DNA of 60,162 nucleotides, counting the filler, from Platydemus manokwari (Eukaryota), in assembly GCA_037951405.1 (NCBI GenBank). It is 5 parts of 5 records of this genome, joined end to end, with 100 filler letters (N's around TTAATTAATTAA, not from the genome) between each part and the next. Parts side by side here need not be neighbours in the genome. Positions count along the whole stretch, not along the records: positions 23,590 to 35,099 come from JBBMOY010637767.1; positions 35,200 to 49,127 come from JBBMOY011573632.1; 3 more parts are not named here. The stretch is one strand, 5' to 3'. Each line of letters begins with the position of its first letter. The stretch's first letter is position 1. The translations under genes were made by a program, and so were the position numbers. Below the pieces are notes generated by a model. It was not told the origin of the DNA. It was given only the letters and a program-made list of their open reading frames with translations, and did no database searches. Of this stretch, positions 23,750 through 35,433 are shown piece by piece.

Positions 23750-25450
23750 ATTCAAATACCATAACCCTTATTTAAATTTAAGTACTTTAACTACACAATT
23801 GTTATTCTAGATATCTCTGAATCAAAACATACTCTGTAATCGAATAATAATTAATTTCTGTCTCGTCGCCGTTAATTTCGCTTACAGTGTTTTCTAATCG
23901 AATATCTACCTTAAAAACATCGAAAAATTAATTTAATCAGCTTCCAAAGAATGTTTTACAACATCATCACATGAAGAAATTATGCAAGTACAATTCATTT
24001 GTTTAGGAATCAAACAGTCGTCAGAAAGATTGACCCAAGCTCGACCAGGAATATTAGGAAATTAGAAGGGCACCATTTCGATATTGTAAGCCGCTGCTCT
24101 TGTATGAAGCACACATTGGAAACGAATTGAAACTTACGAAAATATAAATTATATTTAACTACAATTATTAAACAAATTAATCTTATTTTAATATAAAATC
24201 TGAATTTAAGATTTTATTTAAGATTTTAATTCATTTTAAAGTCACTACACATATCGCGTACACTGTTGGAAAATTATAAGAGTTCACCACTACTTTCACA
24301 TTAAGGAATTTTATTATACAAACACCAGGGAGCTTATTTTACTCCTTGTACATTGTAAATTTAACTTCTACAGACATCAATAGCTACCTTTATTGATTAT
24401 TATATTATTCGGATCACAATTAGTTTAACCTGTCGTAAAGATGTCCCGAAATCTCAATAAGTTTTATAATAAATCTTCTCTATAACTTCGAAAGTTCAGA
24501 TTAAGCTCGTTTATAGCTTTTCATTGATGATTAATTTCAGTGTTTTCAAAAAAATATCATTTTTTTCGATGATTAAAATAACATTTGTACTAAATTTGGA
24601 TAATTAGAGTGACATTTGTTTACATTCCACTGGTATTTTATTTAACGATTTTGATTTATTCCTTTTCAGGTTCTTATATCTTAGAAAATTAATATTTTCA
24701 TATTAAGTTATTGTAAGATATTTTCATTTTCAACTCATGTTATTCAAATGATATCGTTTTAACGAATAAGAAAATTTTAGTTCAATGAATTATTATTAAC
24801 GAATAATCATAGGTTACAAATATGCATGTCTAACTTCTTTGTACAGATATAATACATATCAGATGAGTTATGACAGCTTGTCGACTAGGTCATAGAAGCA
24901 TTGCGCCCAAAAGTCGGTTTGTTTGATCTGACAGTAGATATAACTGCAGGTAATAGAACTTGTGTTCTTCAGAGGCTAAAATTACATTTTCTAATTCCTT
25001 TGTTATCTCTCGTCGGTCTGCATAAATTGAATGCGTGTATTGGCATGTGGTGGGAATATATATTATTCTCTCTTCTGACAAATGACTTTAATATAAATAT
25101 CTCGAATATATAATTATCGTGACTTCTAAGGTTGATCATAACTCATTATTAAATGAAAAGCAATCGATAAATCGTAATTGATATTGGTAAATTAATTTTT
25201 ATTAGCTATTTAATTTTCAAATAATTATTTAAAGGCCCATTTTTTAAATGAATTCAATGTTAGATGTTTATAATTACTATTTAGTATAATAATTATATAA
25301 TTGTTTGACTCCACCAAGTGCCATACGATAATTATTGCAGTTGTCCCAAACCACCACATGGTAAAAATTTGTCCATTAAATTAAGTAAGTGATTGAATGT
25401 CTTCGGATTACTAATTTTGGTGGATTTGAACTCTTCTTGAATAGCAAAAA
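23750..25450 (-). pseudogene. Highly decayed Helitron Rep/PIF1-helicase relic
   Basis: Minus-strand fragments in the expected order: PKTFNHLL..NGQI (cf. PTSFEDLRTVNG), SLRQVKLIV..SIKVAIDVCR (cf. LR.AKLIIWDE...A.E.VDR), KVVV, NTVSEIN (cf. N.DV.EIN). Confidence 0.35.
24085..24249 (-). repeat. Solo LTR of the TRIM-like family
   Basis: TGTAAGCCGCT...aaacgaattgaaa...ttcattttaaagtcactaca; flanks gatat/catat. Confidence 0.65.
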
Positions 25451-26169
25451 TATTAAACATGTTAGAAATGTCACCAATTATACGGTCGAGAAGTACTTAG
25501 ACTGTTCATATGTTGAAAATGTTTACTTTCAATAATCTGTATAAAGAAATTTTTAAAAAAATAAAAATGCTCGAAACAATGAGAAATATTTCTTAGGCTC
25601 ATAAATTGGAATAATTTGAGAAAATAGGGAGATGGATTAATAAAATAGATTAATGGAAAAGGGCTAAAAATAAATTTAGTAATTTGGAAATGAAAACAAT
25701 AATTAATCTATATTTATGACAAGAGTGTGGTTTATTAAATACCATTTCCATTAAATATATTTTAAAAGATATTTATATTCGATTCGAAAAACTAGCGGTG
25801 TCATAATGAAACTCGCTAATTACTTAAAATCCCGATTTGATCTGTGATTTTTAAGGATCTCTGGTAAAATGAGTTGATAGTTTCTGTATTAAAGAATCAT
25901 GTTCAAAGTCTTACTTTAGTTCCGAAAATATTTTGTGTAATTTGAATCTACATTCATAAATAAACAAATGTATTACAAAAGATTTATCAGTGCCTTGATA
26001 AAAAAATGAAAATAAAAGTTAATACGTAGTAGTAGGGCTTTATGTGTGTTTTGTAACGTTATTTTAAAATAATGCTTTATTAAATGCAGCAGAATCTTTA
26101 TTATTATTTATTTAAGAGGAATTTTGAAATAGGATATTTCTTAAAATGTAAAAGTGTGTATTTTAGATT

Positions 26170-26286
26170 TGTAAACCGCTATTATCTTATAAAGGCCCCG
26201 TGGAAACGAACTGAAAGGCAAATAAATATTTTATAAAAATCTAATTTTAACAATTTTCAAATTTCAATTCATTATAAATACTCACA
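26170..26286 (-). repeat. Solo LTR of the TRIM-like family
   Basis: TGTAAACCGCTATT...aaacgaactgaaa...ttcattataaatactcaca. Confidence 0.65.
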
Positions 26287-28699
26287 GGGTTAAAATTAAG
26301 GAAAGGGCTCCGGAAAATAGTCTTTAAAAAGATATTTACTGAAAGTTATTTACATTTATTTACATTATTGTGGAGGCCATCATAGATACCACTGCCATTC
26401 TTAAATCTATAAAATACGATAAAGAATGGTAATTATAAATTTAAATTACAATAATTATATAATAAAGTATTAATAATAGTAATAGTAATCAAAACAAGTT
26501 TAATATATATTTTCTCATTTGTATTCAAAATGTTAAAATAAATAATTCCATGACTGGTACTGTAGGTATTGTTAAAGTCCCACTGCATTACTATTAGTAG
26601 TATAACTGAGATATTCAATCGCGATCCAGAATTTTGTTAAAACCAAGACTATGTAAGCATATAGTCAAAAAACCTATAAAATCAGTCATGGTATTGTCAT
26701 TATGATCAATTGAAGAGTATTTTTATTCAGACAAAAGCAAACGCTATCTAAAACATGATTACAAAAGAAAATAATCCTTCTCCGAGTGTTTACATTATGT
26801 ATTTATCAATTCACTTTCTTTTTCTTAGTTTGTAAAATTTTGTTGTCCCTTAATTTTGTCCCAGAAAACATTGTGATTGAAAAGTCATTTTTATCGATAT
26901 TGGAGAAACTTTATCCCAAACATAGCAGGGATATTATATATTTTAAAATATTGTTTTAGAAAGATTTATACTAATGTTGCTCGGTCTTACAGTTATGAAA
27001 ACTGGGCATAAGCAAATACTTGATTACCGGCACAACCTTGTATCTCACATGGAATTATGGAATCTTTGTAAAATTGTTTTCTGTTTGATTGTGGCTTGTT
27101 ATATTGTGGAAGTAAGTTAGCGTGTTGTTCGACTAGCCTTATAGAGCATTTAATGAGTCCCTGGTAGAAATTCTTTGTGACTGTTTATTTAATACACTGA
27201 ATATAATTTGTCATGTCCGAATATATTATGGAAGAGAGAAATTCTCTATTATTAAATTCATGCGCATTAATTTTTTCTGCACAATTATATTAAATTGTTC
27301 AGAATATTTTTCAGGCCATTATTAGGCACGATTATTTTAATGACTGATATTTTCATGACATAATTTATTAGGTATAATTATTATATGTCTAACGATTTTA
27401 TCAGCATTATTTTTATTACCAAATTTTTATGAAGATTTAACTTATTTTAGTGGGGGAAATTTAAGCAAATTTATTTTAAGGGAATTCAAATTTTAATCGG
27501 ATTTCGTTCATGTAATTTAATTATTAACAAGATAATAATCTATTTGATCATTTTATTATTCCATGTTATTCATAATATTATTGTTATTCTTTACATGTTT
27601 TGGTGGTCGATTTTGAATTAATCTTAGTCATTCCATCTCCATTTGGTTATTTCCAATATTATATAATTTTTCAAGATTAAAAGACTGTGTTTAACGGAAA
27701 TAATTTTAAACTTCAATCAATATCAATTTTCACATTCATAAATCAAAATCAAATCATCACTTTAAATCAATATAATCAAAAATTATTATTAACAAAATAT
27801 TAACAAACAGGAAAATTTAGTTACTAAATTATCAGCTCGGAGATAAATATGGAAGCAAAGTTAATATTCTCTTATCATCCCAGTGCTGATTCGGGCGAGG
27901 TTAGGAGAATGTTAGAATTTGGATGTCTAACTGGCAATTGTATTTAAAGGTTATCAGGTTGACACTTGACATTTAGGGATTGAATAGAGTAACATTTAAC
28001 TGAAAAGATGTTGAAGTTTGGTGGGGTTCTCCCTCAGTAAAAGTATTTCTTAGAATACACGTTACATATAAATAATATCTAAAATAACAAAAAATATCAA
28101 AAACAAGTTTAACAATAACCAAATTATATTAATAAGAAAACTAAATTCTATTGGAATTATAAGATTATAAATTTTTATTTTCACTTTCTGTTTTGATACG
28201 GTTAAATAAAAAATATCCTAAATCCAAGCTTAAATAAGAAACTCTTTTATCTAGGTAATATTATATATGTTCTTGTGCTAACCAAAATTCATCTGTAATT
28301 GTTATTTTACACTATAAAATGTTCTTGAGATTGCTGAGTCGAGAATCTTTATTACAAATATTTATTTTTTTAGCATATGAATTATGTGATTTTTAAAAAG
28401 GACACGTAGACGAATTCTTCAACAAATGCTTTCAAAAGGAAAATGATGTATATGGTATATGTATAAATGATATATAAAACGTATTTTAAAGTGAGGCAAT
28501 CTAATTTTCAAACAAAATAGCTAATTATTAAACTGATCTTTTATTATTAAATTGTTATTGCGATAAAATTTAATGAAAGAAATTCAATCATTGGCGGATA
28601 TAAATTTCAAATATTATGTGAAAATTAGTTATATTATTTAGTAAATAATTTATATGATATAATATATTTGTTGGAGAAAGCCAAGAAACAAATTCTAGA

Positions 28700-29050
28700 G
28701 GAAATCAGAAGAAGTGACGATGGTTGGAATGGTTTTATACTCAGACGGTGAAATTGAGGATAAAAGAGATACTCATATCTTTTAGCCTACGCGAACGAGT
28801 GGAAAAAGAGAAATGTCGAAATAAAATCAGCAAGATAAGCAACAACACCCCATAAATATAGGCTAACAAAGAAGTAGAGCGACAAGGAAAAAACGGATCA
28901 CAACACTTGGCAATAATGAAGAAGTTTTAAACTGGTTGAAAGTAGTTGAAGAGGAATAAAGAGATGGAGCTTGTGAAGAGCTGGACATCAATGTGGACTT
29001 CGATTCATAATAATTCCAAAATGTCAACCAAAGCCCCTGCTGAAAATACA
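28700..29050 (+). pseudogene. Ty3/gypsy-like integrase core relic
   Basis: Frameshifted LYSDG...TTPHK..ANKEVERQ...PAE resembles SDNG...TPYHPQANG.VER...SPAE. Confidence 0.4.
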
Positions 29051-30042
29051 TCAATTCAAATAACATTTTATTCCAATAAAATAAAGACAAATGAATTACA
29101 TCATTTAAATTAAATAAGCCTTAATAATCGCACAAATTACTAAAAATAGTTTAAAATTAGAATTATAAAAGTCAAAACAAAATGATTTGTTGTATAAAAT
29201 TCCAAAAAATGATAAAAATTTAAACTTTGAGGCGTCATTCGTCAGGACAAAGCACTTATAATCGACCGCTGTATAAAGTTAGCGAAAATAATAATCAATT
29301 ATCCCTAAAAAATCGGAAATTGAAAAATTGTGATTCAGAAGCCAATTATAAATTTTGAACGATAAAATTATAATCTGAACCATTATAGTTTTCGAAAAGC
29401 AATACTTTTATATATATATAATTGTCCTGAAAAATAACTGATAAACTAATACACCAAAGGTCCTATCTTTTTGGAAGCAATGTAATCCATAAATTTGACT
29501 CTTTAAGTCATAATGAAGTTCTTGCGGTCCTTAAAATATCACTGCAGATTTGTTTATAAAATTATTTGTGTGCGACGTGTATGATAATTAATTTGTTATA
29601 GGTCTTTAATTTAATGAAGTTTGAAAAATAATTTGTATTGTATTTGTATTTTAGAAAAATAACAGGGATTATGTCACATAAATTAATACATACCTTCATT
29701 AAGAACTATATTGAATTTAGTAACAACATTTAAACGACATAGTGTAGGATATCTAATGCAAAAAATTAATAAATTCCTTTAAAAAGAATAATGTGACATG
29801 TAAATGTCACTCTTTGGGATGTCAGTGGAATGGCGTTTATAAAGAGACAAAGATCCCTTGCCACAAAATCTGCACACAATTGTCTAATAAACCTATAACA
29901 AAGATATGTTAAATAAGAAAAAGTAAAAAAATTTAATTCAAACAACAAATAATCGTACAAAAATTATTTTAAATTCCATTCAAAATTATTGGAATCGATA
30001 TCACACGATTATATCTGGAAATAAAACAAGAACACCGACTTA

Positions 30043-30986
30043 TATTGAGCTCCTGCATAACTTCGTATGGTTTTATTTGTTGCAAAGAAAACACATCAAC
30101 TTCTTGTTTTAACTTATTTGAGTTATTCATTCAGCTGAATTATTTATTCAAATCATTTTAGACTAACTTTCACTTTCATTACCCTCATTAAAATGGAGTG
30201 TCAGGTAGATAAAAATGAACATTTCCGGTATCTACTTCTTTTTCATTTTAATCAACATTTAAACGATGTAGAAACCACCAGAATAATTTGGTTCATTTAT
30301 GGAGAAAAGGCAGTTAGTGAACGAACAGCACAAAAGTGGTTTTCGAAATTTAATAGCGGCAATTTTGATTTAAATGATGCACCTCGGTCAGCCCAACCTA
30401 GTGACTTTTATGAAGACTGTGTGAACCAATTAATTCATGAAGATCCCAGTCAATCGACACGAGAGCTTGGAAAAGCTATGAATTCTCACCACACCACCAT
30501 TTCTCGACATCTCGAGAAAATGGGAAAATTTCAAAAGCTTGGGTCATGGGTACCTCACCTTCTCCAAGAAAGTTAGAAAAATCAACTTGTTTCTATTTCT
30601 GCATCTTTACTCGTTCACCATCACAAAAAACCTTGGGTAAGTCCTCAAAAGTTACCACAGTGACGTGCGAAACCCGAAGTTCACCAACGCAAAATCTTGT
30701 TGTGCGTTAGGTGGGACCAAGTTGTTGTTATTCATTAAGAAATCTTGCCAAGAAACTAAATAATCAATGTCGAACTTTATTGCGAACAACTCAAGCCAGT
30801 AAACACTGCAATAAATGCGAAGACGACCAATAAGAAGCAGATAATTTTACAGCATGACAATGCTCGGCCTCATGTCGTTACATTGACAAAGTTGGTTATT
30901 GAAGAATTTGGCTGAAAAGTTATTCCCCACCTCCATATTCACCAGACTTGGTGTGTTTTCTTTGTAACAAATACGTCAACCCAATA
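30043..30986 (+). mobile_element. Defective mariner (Tc1/mariner) element
   Basis: TA at both ends; termini TTGAGC.../...CAACCCAA; shared subterminal inverted block tatttgttRcaaagaaaacaca; transposase homology inside. Confidence 0.92.
30193..30950 (+). pseudogene. Mariner transposase pseudogene
   Basis: MECQVDKNEHFR HTH region, WF.KF..G..DL.D.PRS, WVPHLL, HDNARPH and YSPDL motifs; stop at 30574-30576, more stops after it, and loss of the first and third catalytic Asp regions. Confidence 0.93.
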
Positions 30987-31354
30987 CTGAGTATCATAAA
31001 TTGTTTTTCCAAATGTAAGTAACTTATGCTATTAAAACGTATCACTGCAGAAAATGTAGCCAAGGCATTATGGAAAGAATGTATGAGGAAATTTGGAGCT
31101 TCGAACAACGGAGAAAATTTTAAATCGACACTGATATCTGAATTATTGGGAAGTATAAAAATAAAGAGAAAATTTTCTTTCTCAATCAAATAGGCTAGTT
31201 GAGATAGTTTTTAAGACCATGAAAAAGATTATTACAGCATTATTAAATGATGATGTAATATCGTACATGAATATTTATTAATAATTTCGCCTCACAAATC
31301 AGTAAAGTATTTACCATTTATAATTCTTCTAAGGAGAAAATGATGACTATTCAT

Positions 31355-31783
31355 TGTTGAGTGAAATGAAATTCTGCAAAAAGAAAAATGGATTTGGAAC
31401 CCTTGTTTAAGCATTTTAAACATTTCCATGACTACACAACTGTATAGGCATCGCAATCAGCCAATCATAGTGAAGTTAGATGACAAACGACAAATGAAAA
31501 AAGGACAGAACTACACAGTTCACGCAAAAACTTAAAAACCGAACAAGAACATGGAAAACCAAATATCAAATCAAAATATGATACAAGATGATACACAAAA
31601 TTACACACATATCGCGAATGTTAAAGTCGATGTAAAGATGGCTAACTGCCAGTTTGAAGCCAAGGTTTGATTGGTAATTTGTACTGTATAGTTTTTGTAA
31701 GTGTACCGATTAGTGCATAAGAAAATATATTATTAGCCTTCTATTCTGGAGTCAGAGTTTAGTTAATTGTTGAAGACCCAACA
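31355..31783 (+). repeat. LTR-like repeat family C, copy 1
   Basis: TGTTGA...CCCAACA termini; strong similarity to 60008-60162 (ttggaacccttgtttaagcattttaaa, tataggcat, aatcatagtgaag). Confidence 0.75.
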
Positions 31784-32686
31784 TTATTAATGAGACAAGG
31801 GCATATAAAATGGAAACAATGGAATATTTTGTGAATTATCATGGGAATAGTTTTAATGGTGTGCAAAAGTGTAATAAGAATCATATATTGAATGATACAG
31901 AATACTATAACCAAGTGAAATAGCTTTGTACAACCATTCTTTAAGTTATATTACGTTTGAATTAAACTTGTATTATATTATTGATCGATTATTTTTAAAT
32001 ATTTAATAACTAAAATATGATTAATAAAGTTTATTGGTTTTCATTCTTAATTATTTTTACACGAAAACTAGAGTTTGAAAAGAAATAGATTATTGGGAGG
32101 ATATCTTCATAATCTAACATTACATTATATAAAATTGGCGATCAAAACACAAATAGAACATAATCAATATCTGTAGTTATACAATTAAAAATTAGTTTTT
32201 AAATATGTTTTTGATAAAAAATTAAATGATGTAGTCTTCACCAAATTAGAACCTTACCTTAAATCTTGCTAGTAAAATGTTAAATTTTTGTGAGAGATCT
32301 TGAGAAAAGAATTTAATGAATGAAAAGTAACTAATTCATATTACTAATATGCAATATAGCTTACTGGCGATGACTTAATGCAGTAACTTCTGCATAGGAA
32401 TTTTAAAATGTTAGACAATTTGACTACTGTGAAAAAACTAATTAGTTGGAATATTTTCTTTAATTTTCCAACCATTGGTCAGGAATATAAACAATTATTT
32501 GAAATAAAAAAATATAATATTTACTGATAGACATGGGGTAAAAGAAATTATTCTTCAAAAATAGTATAAATCTGAAATTTTGATCTTAAAATTGTGTAAT
32601 GCAAAATTATGCTTTCAAAATGATTTTGTGAATTTTAAAAAATCAATCAGTTTATAAAGATTGTTGTCTCTCATCCATATAAATAC

Positions 32687-33095
32687 TGTTGGGGTTCAAA
32701 AGAATTGAAGGTTGTATCATGTATTTCTCTTAAACGTTTTAATCAGTACGAACACAAATAGTTCAAAAACTCCAAAACACGTTATAAATCAATATATAAC
32801 AACAACATATAACTTGGTTTCCAACTGGCAGTTGGTCATCTTGACGTCAGTGTTATCCTTAAGATCACGTTTTAATTTGATTTTTTATTTCCAAATTTCC
32901 AATTGGATTAATTGATTTTGTGTACTTGTGATTGGTCAATTCCAATGCGTGTATGTTACTATGTAGTTGATTGGTTATATCCATATATGGTTGAGTACTC
33001 ATGCAAATTATTAAAATGCAAAAATAAGGGTTCCAGGGTGTAAAATTGTATTTTCTCTTGTGAGATTTCGTCTCTACTAATTTAATGCATCAACT
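32687..33095 (-). repeat. LTR-like repeat family C, inverted copy
   Basis: Its reverse complement contains tggaaccctt..gcattttaa, gatgNNNaactgccagtt and ends cccaaca, as in 31355-31783. Confidence 0.65.
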
Positions 33096-34138
33096 TTAAA
33101 TTTAATAATTACCGTTATTAATTCTTTGAAACTTCTAGAGGTAAAGGACAATTAAATTTTTGGATTAGTTTTGTTAAAAATTATGATATACGTATATATA
33201 GATAACGAAACATAATTATTACATCAATAGCAACTGCACAACGTTCAAACAAAATTTTGGTCAAATAAAAGTTTATAAAAAGAACAAATCACATAAGAGG
33301 ACTCATTACTAGAGACATAATTAAACAATAGAACTAACCGATCAAAACACTAGAGAATTTATAATAGAAAACCTGTGTTGTGAGATAATTTAGATTTTTA
33401 TTTGTAGTCAAAAAAGTATATTTTAACTCAATGAATTTCACTGGCGAGTTTGTGGTTTCTATTTACTATTGATACGTTGGGATGGTTGTACCTTTTGTCT
33501 GTGTCTTGACAGACTGTGAAGATCCAAACAATAGCCTTTAAATGCCAGATCCCTGATTGATTTCTGTCAAAGGAGCAATCTCAAGGTCTTAGTTAAGATT
33601 TTTCCTTTTGTTTTACAAGTTACGTCTTACGTCACAAGTTTTCATAATTTTTGAAAATATTTTTATGCTATAATTCATAATTGCGATGATTTAGTTAAGC
33701 TGAAACAATCGATTTATTTTAATCTTTCTTAACCAAAATGTTTATGCTTACCAAATAGCATTGAAATCTACAATATGGGTAAGTGATTAAATGAAATAAG
33801 TTGATATACAAATATTTATAGATTTATAATGTATATGAAATGCTAGTTCTGAAATTGTTGCACAGTGGATAACTAAATGCCAGAGAATGTTTAATAAACA
33901 CCTGTTAGCTCAATTATGTGGCCTAATAATGAATCCATAAAATTGTCACCAATTATTTGATAAATAAAATTAATTTAATAACAAAAATTGTTGGAATCAT
34001 TTATTAATTTTTACAAAGTTGATAATGAAGCTGTGTTGATAATAACATACAATTAACATAGTTTATGAAATCGATATATTTATTAACAAAATGCTATCAT
34101 TTCCAGATCAAACAAGATTTTTCTGTATAAAATTTGCT

Positions 34139-34594
34139 TCAATTTTTAATATTTTCTTCTGATTCACTGAAAACTTTTCCCGGAAGCGGCTTATTCCAAC
34201 ATTCAAGAGCAGCCTTGCATTCATCAGTGGTATTTTCTGAAAATTGTTTAACATATTCATGATCCAATATCTGATCTAATGTCAATCGATCTTTAGGATT
34301 AACTTGAAGAATCTAATATTGAAATATGATTGGCTGAAATGAAATCAATATCATTTGATTACCTTTTTAATTAAATCTTGTGCGCTAGAATGAACATGTT
34401 GAGGAATTGCAAATGATCCATTTTTGATAAGTTCCAATGTTCCATCTTCACTGGGATTATGAAAAGGAACAGTTGTGGTGAGCATCTCAAAAATAAGAAT
34501 TCCTGTACACCAAATATCAATTTCTTTGGTATAAGAATCTTCTTTCACAATTTCTGGAGCTAAATAATCAAGAGTGCCACACATTGTTTTGCGA
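34139..34594 (-). CDS. Aurora-like Ser/Thr kinase, 3' two exons only (34363-34594, 34139-34312)
   Basis: RKTMCGTLDYLAPE activation segment, DIWCTGILIFEML, SAQDLIKK|ILQVNPKDRLTLDQILDH (subdomains VIII-XI); 50-nt GT-AG intron; no upstream exons before the linker. Confidence 0.85.
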
Positions 34595-35047
34595 CTAAAA
34601 TAACATCATGTTCCAATGGATTCAAGAATAAATATAATTATGTAATCGAGCTTTAAACATTGATAAGTAAAACATGTTTGAATAATGGAAATCATAATCA
34701 AACATTCAATTAATTATAGATTAGATCATTCAATCAAGTGTACTTAGTGTATTATAAATAATATATTATCAACATTTTATAATTGTCACAGCTGTTGTGG
34801 TAATAATTTCTCAATTCAACACTTTTAATATGATATAATTAATATCAGTCTTAAATATTAAAATAGGGGAAATATTTATTTGACAGCATTTTCTAAATTT
34901 TGAACTAATTTCTAGAATTTCCTCATTTCCTATTTGTTTTGTTTAAATGAAACCAATTCATGACGGTTAAATTAATTTAAAAAAAATTGGCATTGCATAA
35001 TATTAAAAAGTAATTTGGGAACAATTTGATGTGTAAAATTAATCATT

Positions 35048-35058
35048 ATCTCTCTCTT

Positions 35059-35099
<41 letters not shown>
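35048..35099. repeat. (CT)n microsatellite at contig end
   Basis: Direct reading. Confidence 0.9.
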
Positions 35100-35199
35100 N
35101 NNNNNNNNNNNNNNNNNNNNNNNNNNNNNNNNNNNNNNNNNNNTTAATTAATTAANNNNNNNNNNNNNNNNNNNNNNNNNNNNNNNNNNNNNNNNNNNN
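35100..35199. other. Artificial contig linker
   Basis: N44-TTAATTAATTAA-N44. Confidence 0.95.
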
Positions 35200-35257
<58 letters not shown>

Positions 35258-35265
35258 TAATAATA
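35200..35265. repeat. (AAT)n microsatellite at contig start
   Basis: Direct reading. Confidence 0.9.
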
Positions 35266-35433
35266 GTACTTATTAATTTTAGAAACAATAACTAACATTA
35301 ATAAAAATAAAAATTATAATTATCATCATTCCTATTATTTTATAATAATTTTCAGTTTTTTGATAAACTTTAGATGTTATAATATTGATTTCTGTTATGT
35401 TTTTCACCAATAATTTTGCCACCAATAATCTAG

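Larger units (their letters stand above)
29820..31230 (+). pseudogene. Ty3/gypsy integrase relic interrupted by a mariner element
   Basis: Removing the mariner at its TA restores PFKIIGIDIT...HRLI-LSIINCFSK...ITAENVAKALWKECMRKFGA..NGENFKS (rve core); upstream WNGVYKE..CHKIC zinc-finger remnant. Confidence 0.75.
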
